The notes beneath the pieces were generated by a model. It was not told where the DNA came from. It saw nothing but the letters and a program-made list of their open reading frames with translations, and made no database searches. Shown piece by piece: positions 24,263-31,716 of a stretch of 31,716 nucleotides of DNA (the stretch's first letter is position 1; each line of letters opens with the position of its first letter). The DNA lies in IMG/VR virus record IMGVR_UViG_3300045531_000089, positions 1-31,716 of that record. One strand, 5' to 3'. Both the position numbers and the translations under genes were made by a program. This DNA is from a virus (taxonomy: Duplodnaviria > Caudoviricetes).

Positions 24263-24686
24263 AAGTCAACCCATTTGCTGTCCAATATTTCTTTTTTCCT
24301 ACACAAAAAGCACTAAATTCAAAACAAAACCATTTATTCTCATTATTCCTATTGCTAAAGAACTTTGCACTTTTTGATGTTTTACCGTTTATCCTTGCAA
24401 ATAAATAAAATAACACTTCATTTATGAATATGCCTAAATCATAGGACTTGCCTACAAGTTCATTAGGGTCATTAATTAACTCAAATTCTATAGCCTTTCT
24501 TTCAACATTTTCATTAATATCTACCCATTCAGAATATCTTATTTTCCTTATTCTTGGAAATACTGCTTCATAGATAAAGTTATTAACTAATATAGCTGAA
24601 TGATTCCAATAAGAATTAGTAATAGCCCTAATCCCTTTCGAGATTAGGTTTTTTTTCTTATGGCATAAAATAACGTGGCATTTCAT
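24231..24686 (-). CDS. Permuted papain-like amidase (YaeF/YiiX, NlpC/P60-like)
   Basis: IRAITNSYWNHSAI...GKSYD...WFCFE: His precedes Cys. Confidence 0.75.
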   Translation of the reverse strand: MKCHVILCHKKKNLISKGIRAITNSYWNHSAILVNNFIYEAVFPRIRKIRYSEWVDINENVERKAIEFELINDPNELVGKSYDLGIFINEVLFYLFARINGKTSKSAKFFSNRNNENKWFCFEFSAFCVGKKKYWTANGLTFDKKSYICKT

Positions 24687-25087
24687 TATGAAGGAAAGTC
24701 AGTAGATTTCACAACATAGCAATCAGGGGCATCTTGAGGAATAACACCTAAAGTCATTTCAATTGTATCTAACAGTCCAACTGCTAAACTCGTTGGAGTT
24801 CTTGCAAGCTCGTTAAATAGATTTGTGACAGGTTTCCAAACTTCTTCATCTTGAAGAATGTAACGTTTAAGATTTTCTGATAAAGCCGTTATAACTTCCC
24901 CATCTGCATTCTTAATGTACTCGTTGTATGTTACAATAATTTTAGAAGTAGATAAAAGATTTTCCCCATCTTCAGAAACCTCATACATTGGGATAAATGC
25001 CTGTGATAAAGCTATCTTTCTGAACATTGTCATGCCGTTATATTTTGCTACAGCACCTAAATTGATTTCATTTAAAATTTGAGCCAT
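24686..25087 (-). CDS. Hypothetical protein after tail fibre
   Basis: 133 aa ORF. Confidence 0.6.
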   Translation of the reverse strand: MAQILNEINLGAVAKYNGMTMFRKIALSQAFIPMYEVSEDGENLLSTSKIIVTYNEYIKNADGEVITALSENLKRYILQDEEVWKPVTNLFNELARTPTSLAVGLLDTIEMTLGVIPQDAPDCYVVKSTDFPS

Positions 25088-25097
25088 GTTTTTATTT

Positions 25098-26456
25098 TTA
25101 AATTATGAATGTCCAACCTGTTGATTTATAAATGTATAGCCCCTCTGTTGCATCTGTGCAATACACCATTAATCCAATTGCAGGGCTTGAGATTGCAGTA
25201 CGTTGTGCATTAGTCATTCTTGGAGGTAAGAAACCTTTTGTAGTACTATCAAGTTGTAATATAGCACTTACACTCGCACCATTTCCACCAATATTTAAAC
25301 CTGCTGAATCCCAAAAAGAATGAACAACATTGCTTGTGTTAGACATTGTTAATGAAGCAGAAGATGGATTAAATGCCCATCTATTTGCACCTCCTGATGT
25401 TTGTATATTAGTAGTTCCATATAGTGAATTTCCTAACGTGCCTTGAATTACTATGTATTGAGAAGAAAACAGCTGAACATAAGCTGTACTTGTTCCTGTT
25501 GTACCAATATTAATAATACCACCTGTTCCACTATTTAATATTGAATAATTATTATTTCCTACTAAATTACTTGTATTAGCTTGGAAGATACTATTAATCA
25601 TATTAGTACCGTTCCAGTAAGGAATATAATTAGCAGTTATCCCACTTCCTGTTAAATACCCTAAAGCCTGTACTTTTGGCAATAAATAAGCAGTCCAAAA
25701 GTTCAGCAAAGTAGATTTAACCCCTACAAATGTCGAAGCACTATTATAAAAAGGCAAAGTATCAGCATCTACAGGAGTAGCTTTATTTGACCAAGCTTGT
25801 ACCCATGTTCCCCAAAGTTGAGCCGTTGTAGTTATTAACTTCTTACTTGCATCAAAGAAAGTAGGAGTTGAAGCAGTTGCACTACTTACATTTATATCAG
25901 GAGTTGTTACCGTTCCTGTGAATGTTGGGGAGGATATAGGAGATTTTAAAGCTAAAGCATCAAATACAGCATTTTGAGAAGGTGCTATTGTAGTTACTCC
26001 ATCGTTTATTGCGTCTTGTACTAAAGTATCAAAATCCCCCTTATTATATCTTGAGAAAACCTCCCAATTGTAAGCTGATCCATTTGTCACACAAACAACA
26101 CCAAGTACAGAATCAGCACCTTTTAGCACTACATCTGTTGCTGTTAATAAGTCAATCGTTAACTCGTAACTACTTCTATTATTAACTATAAGTATTTTGC
26201 CTATATTACTAATATCAGCCGTTGGAATAGTCATCGAATGGTTAGCGGAAAGTGTAACCCAATTCAATTTATCAACATCTAAAACAGAATCTGAATTTGT
26301 TTTAAAAACAATGTTCTCAATAAACGAAGCTGGTTCGATTAAATTACCCTTTTGTATAAATTTAGTTTCGTTGGTTGTACTGTCAACAATGGGTATTAAG
26401 TCGCCACTTAATGCAGTCGCTAACTCGTTTAAATTACTTATTTTTTTATCTGACAT
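25098..26456 (-). CDS. Tail fibre / receptor-binding protein
   Basis: DKKISNL N-term, DGVTTIAPSQNAVFDAL, C-term SAILQLDSTTKGFLPPRMT..QR.AI.SPA.GLMVY; G/S/T/N-rich. Confidence 0.75.
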   Translation of the reverse strand: MSDKKISNLNELATALSGDLIPIVDSTTNETKFIQKGNLIEPASFIENIVFKTNSDSVLDVDKLNWVTLSANHSMTIPTADISNIGKILIVNNRSSYELTIDLLTATDVVLKGADSVLGVVCVTNGSAYNWEVFSRYNKGDFDTLVQDAINDGVTTIAPSQNAVFDALALKSPISSPTFTGTVTTPDINVSSATASTPTFFDASKKLITTTAQLWGTWVQAWSNKATPVDADTLPFYNSASTFVGVKSTLLNFWTAYLLPKVQALGYLTGSGITANYIPYWNGTNMINSIFQANTSNLVGNNNYSILNSGTGGIINIGTTGTSTAYVQLFSSQYIVIQGTLGNSLYGTTNIQTSGGANRWAFNPSSASLTMSNTSNVVHSFWDSAGLNIGGNGASVSAILQLDSTTKGFLPPRMTNAQRTAISSPAIGLMVYCTDATEGLYIYKSTGWTFII

Positions 26457-26866
26457 TATAATATTATTTTAAATCCGTTTTCCTGTAATAAATAATATCC
26501 GTTTTCTTGCAACAAATAAGAAAATTCGCCATTACCTACTGAAATATTACCACTTGCGAACCTGTACTTTTTGCCGTTAATAGCATTTAAAATACTATTA
26601 TCTTGTATTTGCTTTTTTGTAAAAATAACATTTTTTGATGTAGTATTTACATTTATTATAGATAAATTATTTTTTAAAGCAAAATTAACGATATAGTCTA
26701 AAGAAACACTTTGATTTATTAAAATATCGCTAGTAGTTGCTAAAGATGAACTACTAAAATTAAAGAAATCAGAATCAACTGTTTTATTAATAGTTAATTC
26801 TGAAACTTTATTTTCAATGTTTTCAATCCCTGCAAATGACTTGATTAACTCGTTAATAGTTGCCAT
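26456..26866 (-). CDS. Baseplate-associated protein
   Basis: Position after gp25-like gene; C-terminal tandem YLLQENG repeat. Confidence 0.5.
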   Translation of the reverse strand: MATINELIKSFAGIENIENKVSELTINKTVDSDFFNFSSSSLATTSDILINQSVSLDYIVNFALKNNLSIINVNTTSKNVIFTKKQIQDNSILNAINGKKYRFASGNISVGNGEFSYLLQENGYYLLQENGFKIIL

Positions 26867-27152
26867 CTATTTTTATGTCAAATGTTCCGTTTGTGCTTTG
26901 TTTTGCTAATATTGTTTTTATTGTTGCACCGTCATTTTTTAATGCCGTTGCTATAATCGTGTTTATTTCTTGCTCTGAAACATTGCTATTTAAATAATCT
27001 TCAATTCCAACGCCTAATAAAGGAGTTTCTTTAAACTCGCCTTTTTTTGAGTAGATAATAGTTTCAAACAGTTGAAAATCACTAAAGCCAATTTTCATAC
27101 TTCCATTTTCATAAATGAAATTATTATCTTGTATTAATATATTAGTTGCCAT
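26853..27152 (-). CDS. Baseplate gp25/W-like protein
   Basis: KGEFKETPLLGVGIEDYL motif; follows spike. Confidence 0.6.
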   Translation of the reverse strand: MATNILIQDNNFIYENGSMKIGFSDFQLFETIIYSKKGEFKETPLLGVGIEDYLNSNVSEQEINTIIATALKNDGATIKTILAKQSTNGTFDIKIDGNY

Positions 27153-27651
27153 GAGTTATATTTATATTTTCAATGTCGTCTTGAATTGTTGGCGTTAATA
27201 CCGTTGTTTCTAGGGTTACCGTAGGCACGCCATTTGAAGCGTGAACGTGAGCGTTATATTTAGCAACTAAACTATTTACTAAATTCTCTAAGTTGTTTAT
27301 TTTTTCAGTTAATTCTATAACCTTAACAAGTCCGCCAAATTCTCCGCCATTAAACTCAATTTTTTCATTAGCTGATATATTGATATTGTCGCAATCCTCA
27401 ACGCTTAATAAAAGTATTAGATTTTTATTTGTAATGGCTATATTTACAACACTTCCAACACTTGGAGTACAACTTATAGTATTTCCATTATCGTCGCTTA
27501 AAGGTACTTCAATTTCGCAAGAAATAACACTATTAACAGGCAAGCAAATAATTGAACTCCCAACCGATAAAACCTCGCATTTAATAATACTTACTATTTC
27601 TTTATCATAAGTATTTGAAAGCTTTTGTATAAACTCGCTTATATCATTCAT
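27142..27651 (-). CDS. Baseplate spike (gpV/gp45-like)
   Basis: P.VGS.V OB-fold motif, FNGGEFGGLVKV, C-terminal HVH metal-binding tip. Confidence 0.75.
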   Translation of the reverse strand: MNDISEFIQKLSNTYDKEIVSIIKCEVLSVGSSIICLPVNSVISCEIEVPLSDDNGNTISCTPSVGSVVNIAITNKNLILLLSVEDCDNINISANEKIEFNGGEFGGLVKVIELTEKINNLENLVNSLVAKYNAHVHASNGVPTVTLETTVLTPTIQDDIENINITHGN

Positions 27652-27652
27652 A

Positions 27653-28891
27653 TTAAATCAAATTAGAGTTTACGCTTAAATCTTCCATTCCTGTAACCTT
27701 AACATCTAACTCAATATCTTGTTTAAATCCATTCATCCCGAAATATTTAGTAACCGATTTAATTTTATAAATGCCGTTTTGCTCTTTCAATCTTAAACTT
27801 TGCATAGTTGCTAAATCGCCATGTCTAACGCTTGGTAATCCGAACGTTTCAAATTTACCTTTTAATCCTGTGAACCAAATGCGGTTTAATAGTCTTGTTG
27901 CTTTCTCTTTTAATTCTTCAATTGTTTGAATATCCCAAAAATACTTAGTAGTTGTTTCAGCTCCATTTAAATAATTATTATCAGGAACCATTACTTCTAA
28001 ACGTTTTGATTTCTTTTTTACTTTGCCTTTTTTATTCGTTGTTTCAAGTTCAATTTTATTAATTGAAATTGCTTTAATGTGCATATTTATATCCTCTTTC
28101 AATTTATACTCTAAATCATCTTTTATGACGTTTTTATTAAAATCAAAAGTCCAATTTCTGTCACGTTCTTTTCCTAAATAGACGTCTTTTTCATCTTCAG
28201 CATAATAAATATACCAACCGCATCGAAGCTCCGAACCTCTGAAATAACTTTGAATATGGCAGTCTTTTCTAAGTCTTGCCAAAACTTGGCTAACTGTTTC
28301 GTTTTCGCTGTAAAAATCGCCTATTTTAGTTTTAGTAGAAGTCCGAACTTTTATTTTGTCTAATTCCGCTTGATGTTTTGGATTCTTTATTTTAGTATTT
28401 GCAACCATTTCAGAAACAATACTTTCAGCCGTATAATTAGCATTTGAGTATATTTTAGGCTTTGGTGTTAATTGTTTTAATAAAAACATTGAATCTTCGC
28501 ATTCAATTGTAACAGGAGTATTTGCAAAAACACGAACAACATAACCAACAAACTCGGTATTTAACTCGGTTACATCTTTTGTTCCATCGTACCAAGTATA
28601 TCCAAGTTTTACGGTTATTTTATCGCCCCTTTGAATTAATGGCGGAGTATCTCCGAATATTATATTTTTACCTGTGAAATTTACCCTTGACCCTGTTTTT
28701 TTATCCTCAAAATACATATTTCGAGGGAAAGTAAATTTACAAGTATCTGTTTGAGCGTTCCAACTTGAAAAAATCTCTACATCGTTAACGAAATTAAAAG
28801 TATATGTTTCATCTCTTGCAATAGTTGTTTCATTAGTCGGTTGCCAGTCCGTCATTTGTTCAATAGTGATTTCTGAAACTAATCTAAGCAT
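27653..28891 (-). CDS. Baseplate hub (gpD/gp44-like)
   Basis: GDKITVKLGY, FVGYV, IECEDSMFLLKQ, G.F.TFGLP..RHGD. Confidence 0.75.
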   Translation of the reverse strand: MLRLVSEITIEQMTDWQPTNETTIARDETYTFNFVNDVEIFSSWNAQTDTCKFTFPRNMYFEDKKTGSRVNFTGKNIIFGDTPPLIQRGDKITVKLGYTWYDGTKDVTELNTEFVGYVVRVFANTPVTIECEDSMFLLKQLTPKPKIYSNANYTAESIVSEMVANTKIKNPKHQAELDKIKVRTSTKTKIGDFYSENETVSQVLARLRKDCHIQSYFRGSELRCGWYIYYAEDEKDVYLGKERDRNWTFDFNKNVIKDDLEYKLKEDINMHIKAISINKIELETTNKKGKVKKKSKRLEVMVPDNNYLNGAETTTKYFWDIQTIEELKEKATRLLNRIWFTGLKGKFETFGLPSVRHGDLATMQSLRLKEQNGIYKIKSVTKYFGMNGFKQDIELDVKVTGMEDLSVNSNLI

Positions 28892-28892
28892 C

Positions 28893-29525
28893 TTATTTTT
28901 TGTTTAAATATAGTTCAATTGGTTTGTCTGAAATAGCTTGTATTTCATAGCTTACAGCTGTTTGATTGCCCTGTAATTGGTTTAATTGAAAATCTGTAAT
29001 TACAATATGAGTAATTCCAAAAAGTTCGTTTAAATACCAACTTACAACCTCTATTTCAATGTTTGCCTTTAATCCCTCAAACAAGTTTTTTGCTTGTGTT
29101 AATGGATATACTCCGTTTTTTGTTCCGTTAATTACGCCCTTAATATTCAAAGTGTAATCGCCATCACTTATAAACTCCTTTACTGTTCCGTTAAATCCCT
29201 GTATTGGCGTTGTTATAATCGTTTTAGACTGTGCCACGTCAAACAAAACGCAATCAAGTACAATGTCATCTTCAAACGTTGTAACGTCTTTTAAATCGTT
29301 GTTTTTATAGCTTCTTGCTTTAAGTATAAGATTAGAGAAAACAGGACTACCTAAATTAGATTGGCTACCTGTGTTTCTGTTTTCTTCTTTACTTTCTTTT
29401 TCGACTAATTTAGAAATACTACTTTTGTATATTGCAACATCTAAAGCACTTAATCCAAAAGTTGTAATAGTTAACTTAGCCTGGTCTGCTATTTGTTCGG
29501 GTGTTTGAGGAATGTATAAATTCAT
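28893..29525 (-). CDS. DUF6046-like tail tube initiator
   Basis: K.IITTPIQGFNGTVKEFISDGDY.LNIKG, AISD; follows tape measure. Confidence 0.7.
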   Translation of the reverse strand: MNLYIPQTPEQIADQAKLTITTFGLSALDVAIYKSSISKLVEKESKEENRNTGSQSNLGSPVFSNLILKARSYKNNDLKDVTTFEDDIVLDCVLFDVAQSKTIITTPIQGFNGTVKEFISDGDYTLNIKGVINGTKNGVYPLTQAKNLFEGLKANIEIEVVSWYLNELFGITHIVITDFQLNQLQGNQTAVSYEIQAISDKPIELYLNKK

Positions 29526-31147
29526 TAGTTTTGAACTACATTTATATTGTTAACCGCTTCAATTAAGTATTTTGTAATAGCTTCCTTAATTTTAGGGGCT
29601 ATTTCTTTAGTTTCCATAACGTGAACATTTAAACCCTCAACAAGTCTTCCAATAGTTACATTTGTTATTTTGTTCTCGTATGTTTTAGCAAGTTTTTTAT
29701 TTTCTTCGTGTTTTATTTTTGTTTCACTTTCGTTTTTCTGTTTAAGCGTATATTGATTAATTAGCCTTGCTGAAAAAGTATCGCTTGGATTGTAGAATCC
29801 TAACTTTTGAGATACAGATTGTTGTTGAAAATCAAATAATTTATTTGTCTTTTCATATAATTGGTCTTGTATAGTTTCGTTATACCCCTCCATAAATGAA
29901 GATGCAAAATTTGAGCCTGCATCCCTCAACATTTTAAAAGATAGCACGTTTACTATTAACTCGCTAAATCCTGTAATTACACTTCTTAAATCGCCATTAA
30001 ATATTTTTATAAATGGGTCAATAAAAGACTCTTTAAATACTTTCCAAAGCATTGAAAATACATTAACCAATCCATTCACAACTGCCCTAAAACCTTCAAA
30101 TTTTTGGTATAATACAATAAATGCGGGTATTATAGCCGCTAATCCTAAAGTAGCTGAAACCCAAAATATATTAGCGGCTACTGACGCAAGCCCATAACCT
30201 ATGGCGACCGCATTTGCTGTAATCGCTACTAATCCGTTATACGTTGCAATAGCAACTAACGAAGCACCAAATGCTATTAATGGGTCTTGGTATTCCTTTA
30301 CAAATACAATACCTTTTCGCATAACTCCAATAAATGAAGTAAAACCGCTTATGCCATAATCAATAATTGGTTTCATTGCTAAAAATAGGTCATTAAACAT
30401 TTCTTTTGAAATATCCCCTAAGTTTGACATTTTAACGGCTGTAGAATCTTGCATACTTGACAAACCACCATAAAACGCCCCTCCTTCCTCTTGTGCAACC
30501 CTTAAAGCCTTTGAAAGTAATTCATACGAAATCTCCATGCCTTTTACTTCCGATGTACTTTTACCTGTTGCCTTTGCTAAAGCCCCGTAAATGTTAATGC
30601 CTGCGTAGCCAAATTGTTTTATATCCAAAGCCGAAGCTTTACCAATATTTTTAATTTGTTGCATATTCGCTGACATTCTTATAAGTTCTTCGTTACCTTT
30701 ACCTGCAAAAGCTACGGCATTGGATAATGCTAATATATCTTTTCTTGCATCGTCAGCGCTTAAACCTGTTGATTTTAGCATAGTGTTTGCCGTTGCTAAT
30801 TCATCAACTCCAAATGGAGATGTCAAAGCATCCGCACGTATATTTCTAAACATTTCAGCTCCTGCTTCTGCTGAACCTGTTAGGTTTTTCATTTGAATAC
30901 CTAAACTTTCATATTTAGATCCTACTTGCAAAATTTCGCTTCCGTATTCTTGAATTTTAGAAACTGCAAAAAGTCCGCCTGCGATTGCTCCTAGTTTACC
31001 TAATCCAAAACTTGAATTTTCAGCACTTTGTTTTACATTCGTGAATTTTGAAGCCGTTGCATCTAAACGACTATTCATAGCGTCCAATTTTGAGGATACT
31101 AAATCTTTTAATTCAATAATGTATTGTGCTTGTTCGCTGTTAGCCAT
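29525..31147 (-). CDS. Tape measure protein
   Basis: 540 aa Ala/Gly-rich; SPF...EL, QIKNIGKA...DIKQF..AGINIY..LA. Confidence 0.85.
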   Translation of the reverse strand: MANSEQAQYIIELKDLVSSKLDAMNSRLDATASKFTNVKQSAENSSFGLGKLGAIAGGLFAVSKIQEYGSEILQVGSKYESLGIQMKNLTGSAEAGAEMFRNIRADALTSPFGVDELATANTMLKSTGLSADDARKDILALSNAVAFAGKGNEELIRMSANMQQIKNIGKASALDIKQFGYAGINIYGALAKATGKSTSEVKGMEISYELLSKALRVAQEEGGAFYGGLSSMQDSTAVKMSNLGDISKEMFNDLFLAMKPIIDYGISGFTSFIGVMRKGIVFVKEYQDPLIAFGASLVAIATYNGLVAITANAVAIGYGLASVAANIFWVSATLGLAAIIPAFIVLYQKFEGFRAVVNGLVNVFSMLWKVFKESFIDPFIKIFNGDLRSVITGFSELIVNVLSFKMLRDAGSNFASSFMEGYNETIQDQLYEKTNKLFDFQQQSVSQKLGFYNPSDTFSARLINQYTLKQKNESETKIKHEENKKLAKTYENKITNVTIGRLVEGLNVHVMETKEIAPKIKEAITKYLIEAVNNINVVQN

Positions 31148-31325
31148 CTTGTTTATTTTTTAGAACCCATTGCAATTTAGCGTATAACTCGTAAAATTTA
31201 GCGTCCTCTATTAAATCCGTATCAACTTTATAATAATAGCGTATTAGTGCGTCTGCTTGCTCTAATACGCCATCATTTTTTAATAGGCTTTCATAACGCT
31301 CTATAATTTCGTTATCGTGCTTTTT
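31140..31325 (-). CDS. -1 frameshift extension of tail assembly chaperone (gpGT-like)
   Basis: Open -1 frame KKHDNEIIERY...ADALIRYYYKVDTDLIEDAKFYELYAKLQWV...; stop overlaps tape measure start. Confidence 0.7.
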   Translation of the reverse strand, partial: KKHDNEIIERYESLLKNDGVLEQADALIRYYYKVDTDLIEDAKFYELYAKLQWVLKNKQDG

Positions 31326-31585
31326 TTTAAATCGACAATATGTTGTAATTGAGTAACTGCCCCCAAAAACAACTCATCATCGTTTAAAACTTCCATGTCT
31401 GAAATTTCACGAATAACTAAACTATTAATTAAATCCTCATAAGCAATTAAAGGGTCATGCCCTAATTTTGCCATTACTGGGCTTAAAACATATCTATTTA
31501 TTTTATTTAGATATAATTTTTTCCCTTCAACCTCAATAATATAAGCTAATTGAGGGTATTTTTCTTTAAGTTCTAAATTTGTCAT
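31301..31585 (-). CDS. Tail assembly chaperone (gpG-like)
   Basis: 94 aa between tube and tape measure; T TTA AAA AAA slippery run near end. Confidence 0.7.
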   Translation of the reverse strand: MTNLELKEKYPQLAYIIEVEGKKLYLNKINRYVLSPVMAKLGHDPLIAYEDLINSLVIREISDMEVLNDDELFLGAVTQLQHIVDLKKSTITKL

Positions 31586-31606
31586 TTTATTTTTGTTTGG
31601 TTATTG

Positions 31607-31650
31607 CAAATATAACAAAAAAAAAGGTTATGCAACAATGTTACATAACC
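31607..31650 (-). terminator. Terminator fused to TATATTTG element
   Basis: GGTTATGTAAC-ATT-GTTGCATAACC plus T-run, then TATATTTG. Confidence 0.6.
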
Positions 31651-31679
31651 AATTTTCAAACAACCAAAACAAAATTTTA

Positions 31680-31716
31680 CTATCTTGTAATGTTTCCAAT
31701 AATTAAAGGAATTTTA
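31680..31716 (-). CDS. C-terminus of probable tail tube protein (partial)
   Basis: ...IPLIIGNITR*; position upstream of chaperone. Confidence 0.4.
   Translation of the reverse strand, partial: KIPLIIGNITR

Noticed and set aside
25098-26456. Diversity-generating retroelement or invertible fibre system
   Set aside because: No reverse transcriptase, invertase or duplicated template region was seen in the window.
25132-27610. Plus-strand ORFs 25132, 26197, 27293
   Set aside because: Antisense to well-supported tail genes.
31626-31650. GTTATG...CATAAC hairpin as another cassette site
   Set aside because: It has a 3-nt loop and a long T-run after a structural gene, consistent with an ordinary terminator.
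1-31716. Stop-codon recoding
   Set aside because: Long structural and replication genes are intact in the standard code, and TAA, TAG and TGA all terminate ORFs.

Overview
AT-rich tailed-phage genome segment, probably infecting Bacteroidota/Flavobacteriia (TAnnTTTG promoters, DUF3127, Flavobacterium-type fibre motifs). The layout is circularly permuted. The left arm (minus strand) carries a Mu-like head module (gpF-like, DUF935 portal, DUF1320-like adaptor, PBSX terminase) preceded by a replication module (primase/DUF3987, SF2 helicase-VRR-NUC). A GTTTAC-iteron origin-like region lies at about 11.35-11.58 kb. A plus-strand early operon of small genes (ERF recombinase, DUF3127, partial N6-MTase) runs to about 22.3 kb. 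The right arm (minus strand) holds tail genes (frameshifted chaperone, tape measure, hub, spike, fibre) and lysis genes. The main unexplained structure is at about 14.16-16.58 kb: a phage-borne array of single-gene cassettes, each bracketed by its own GTTA...TAAC inverted repeat and separated by attC-like hairpins. The array looks mirror-imaged relative to canonical integrons: the coding strand folds best, start codons lie inside the upstream hairpin, and an attI-like half site sits at the downstream end. No integrase is present in the window. Other signals are a kissing-loop leader before the primase, a separate upstream NPPY-bearing mini-ORF next to an MTase lacking motif IV, and CBM-like repeats inserted in the head-tail adaptor. 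All calls come from motif reading by eye; no database search was run.
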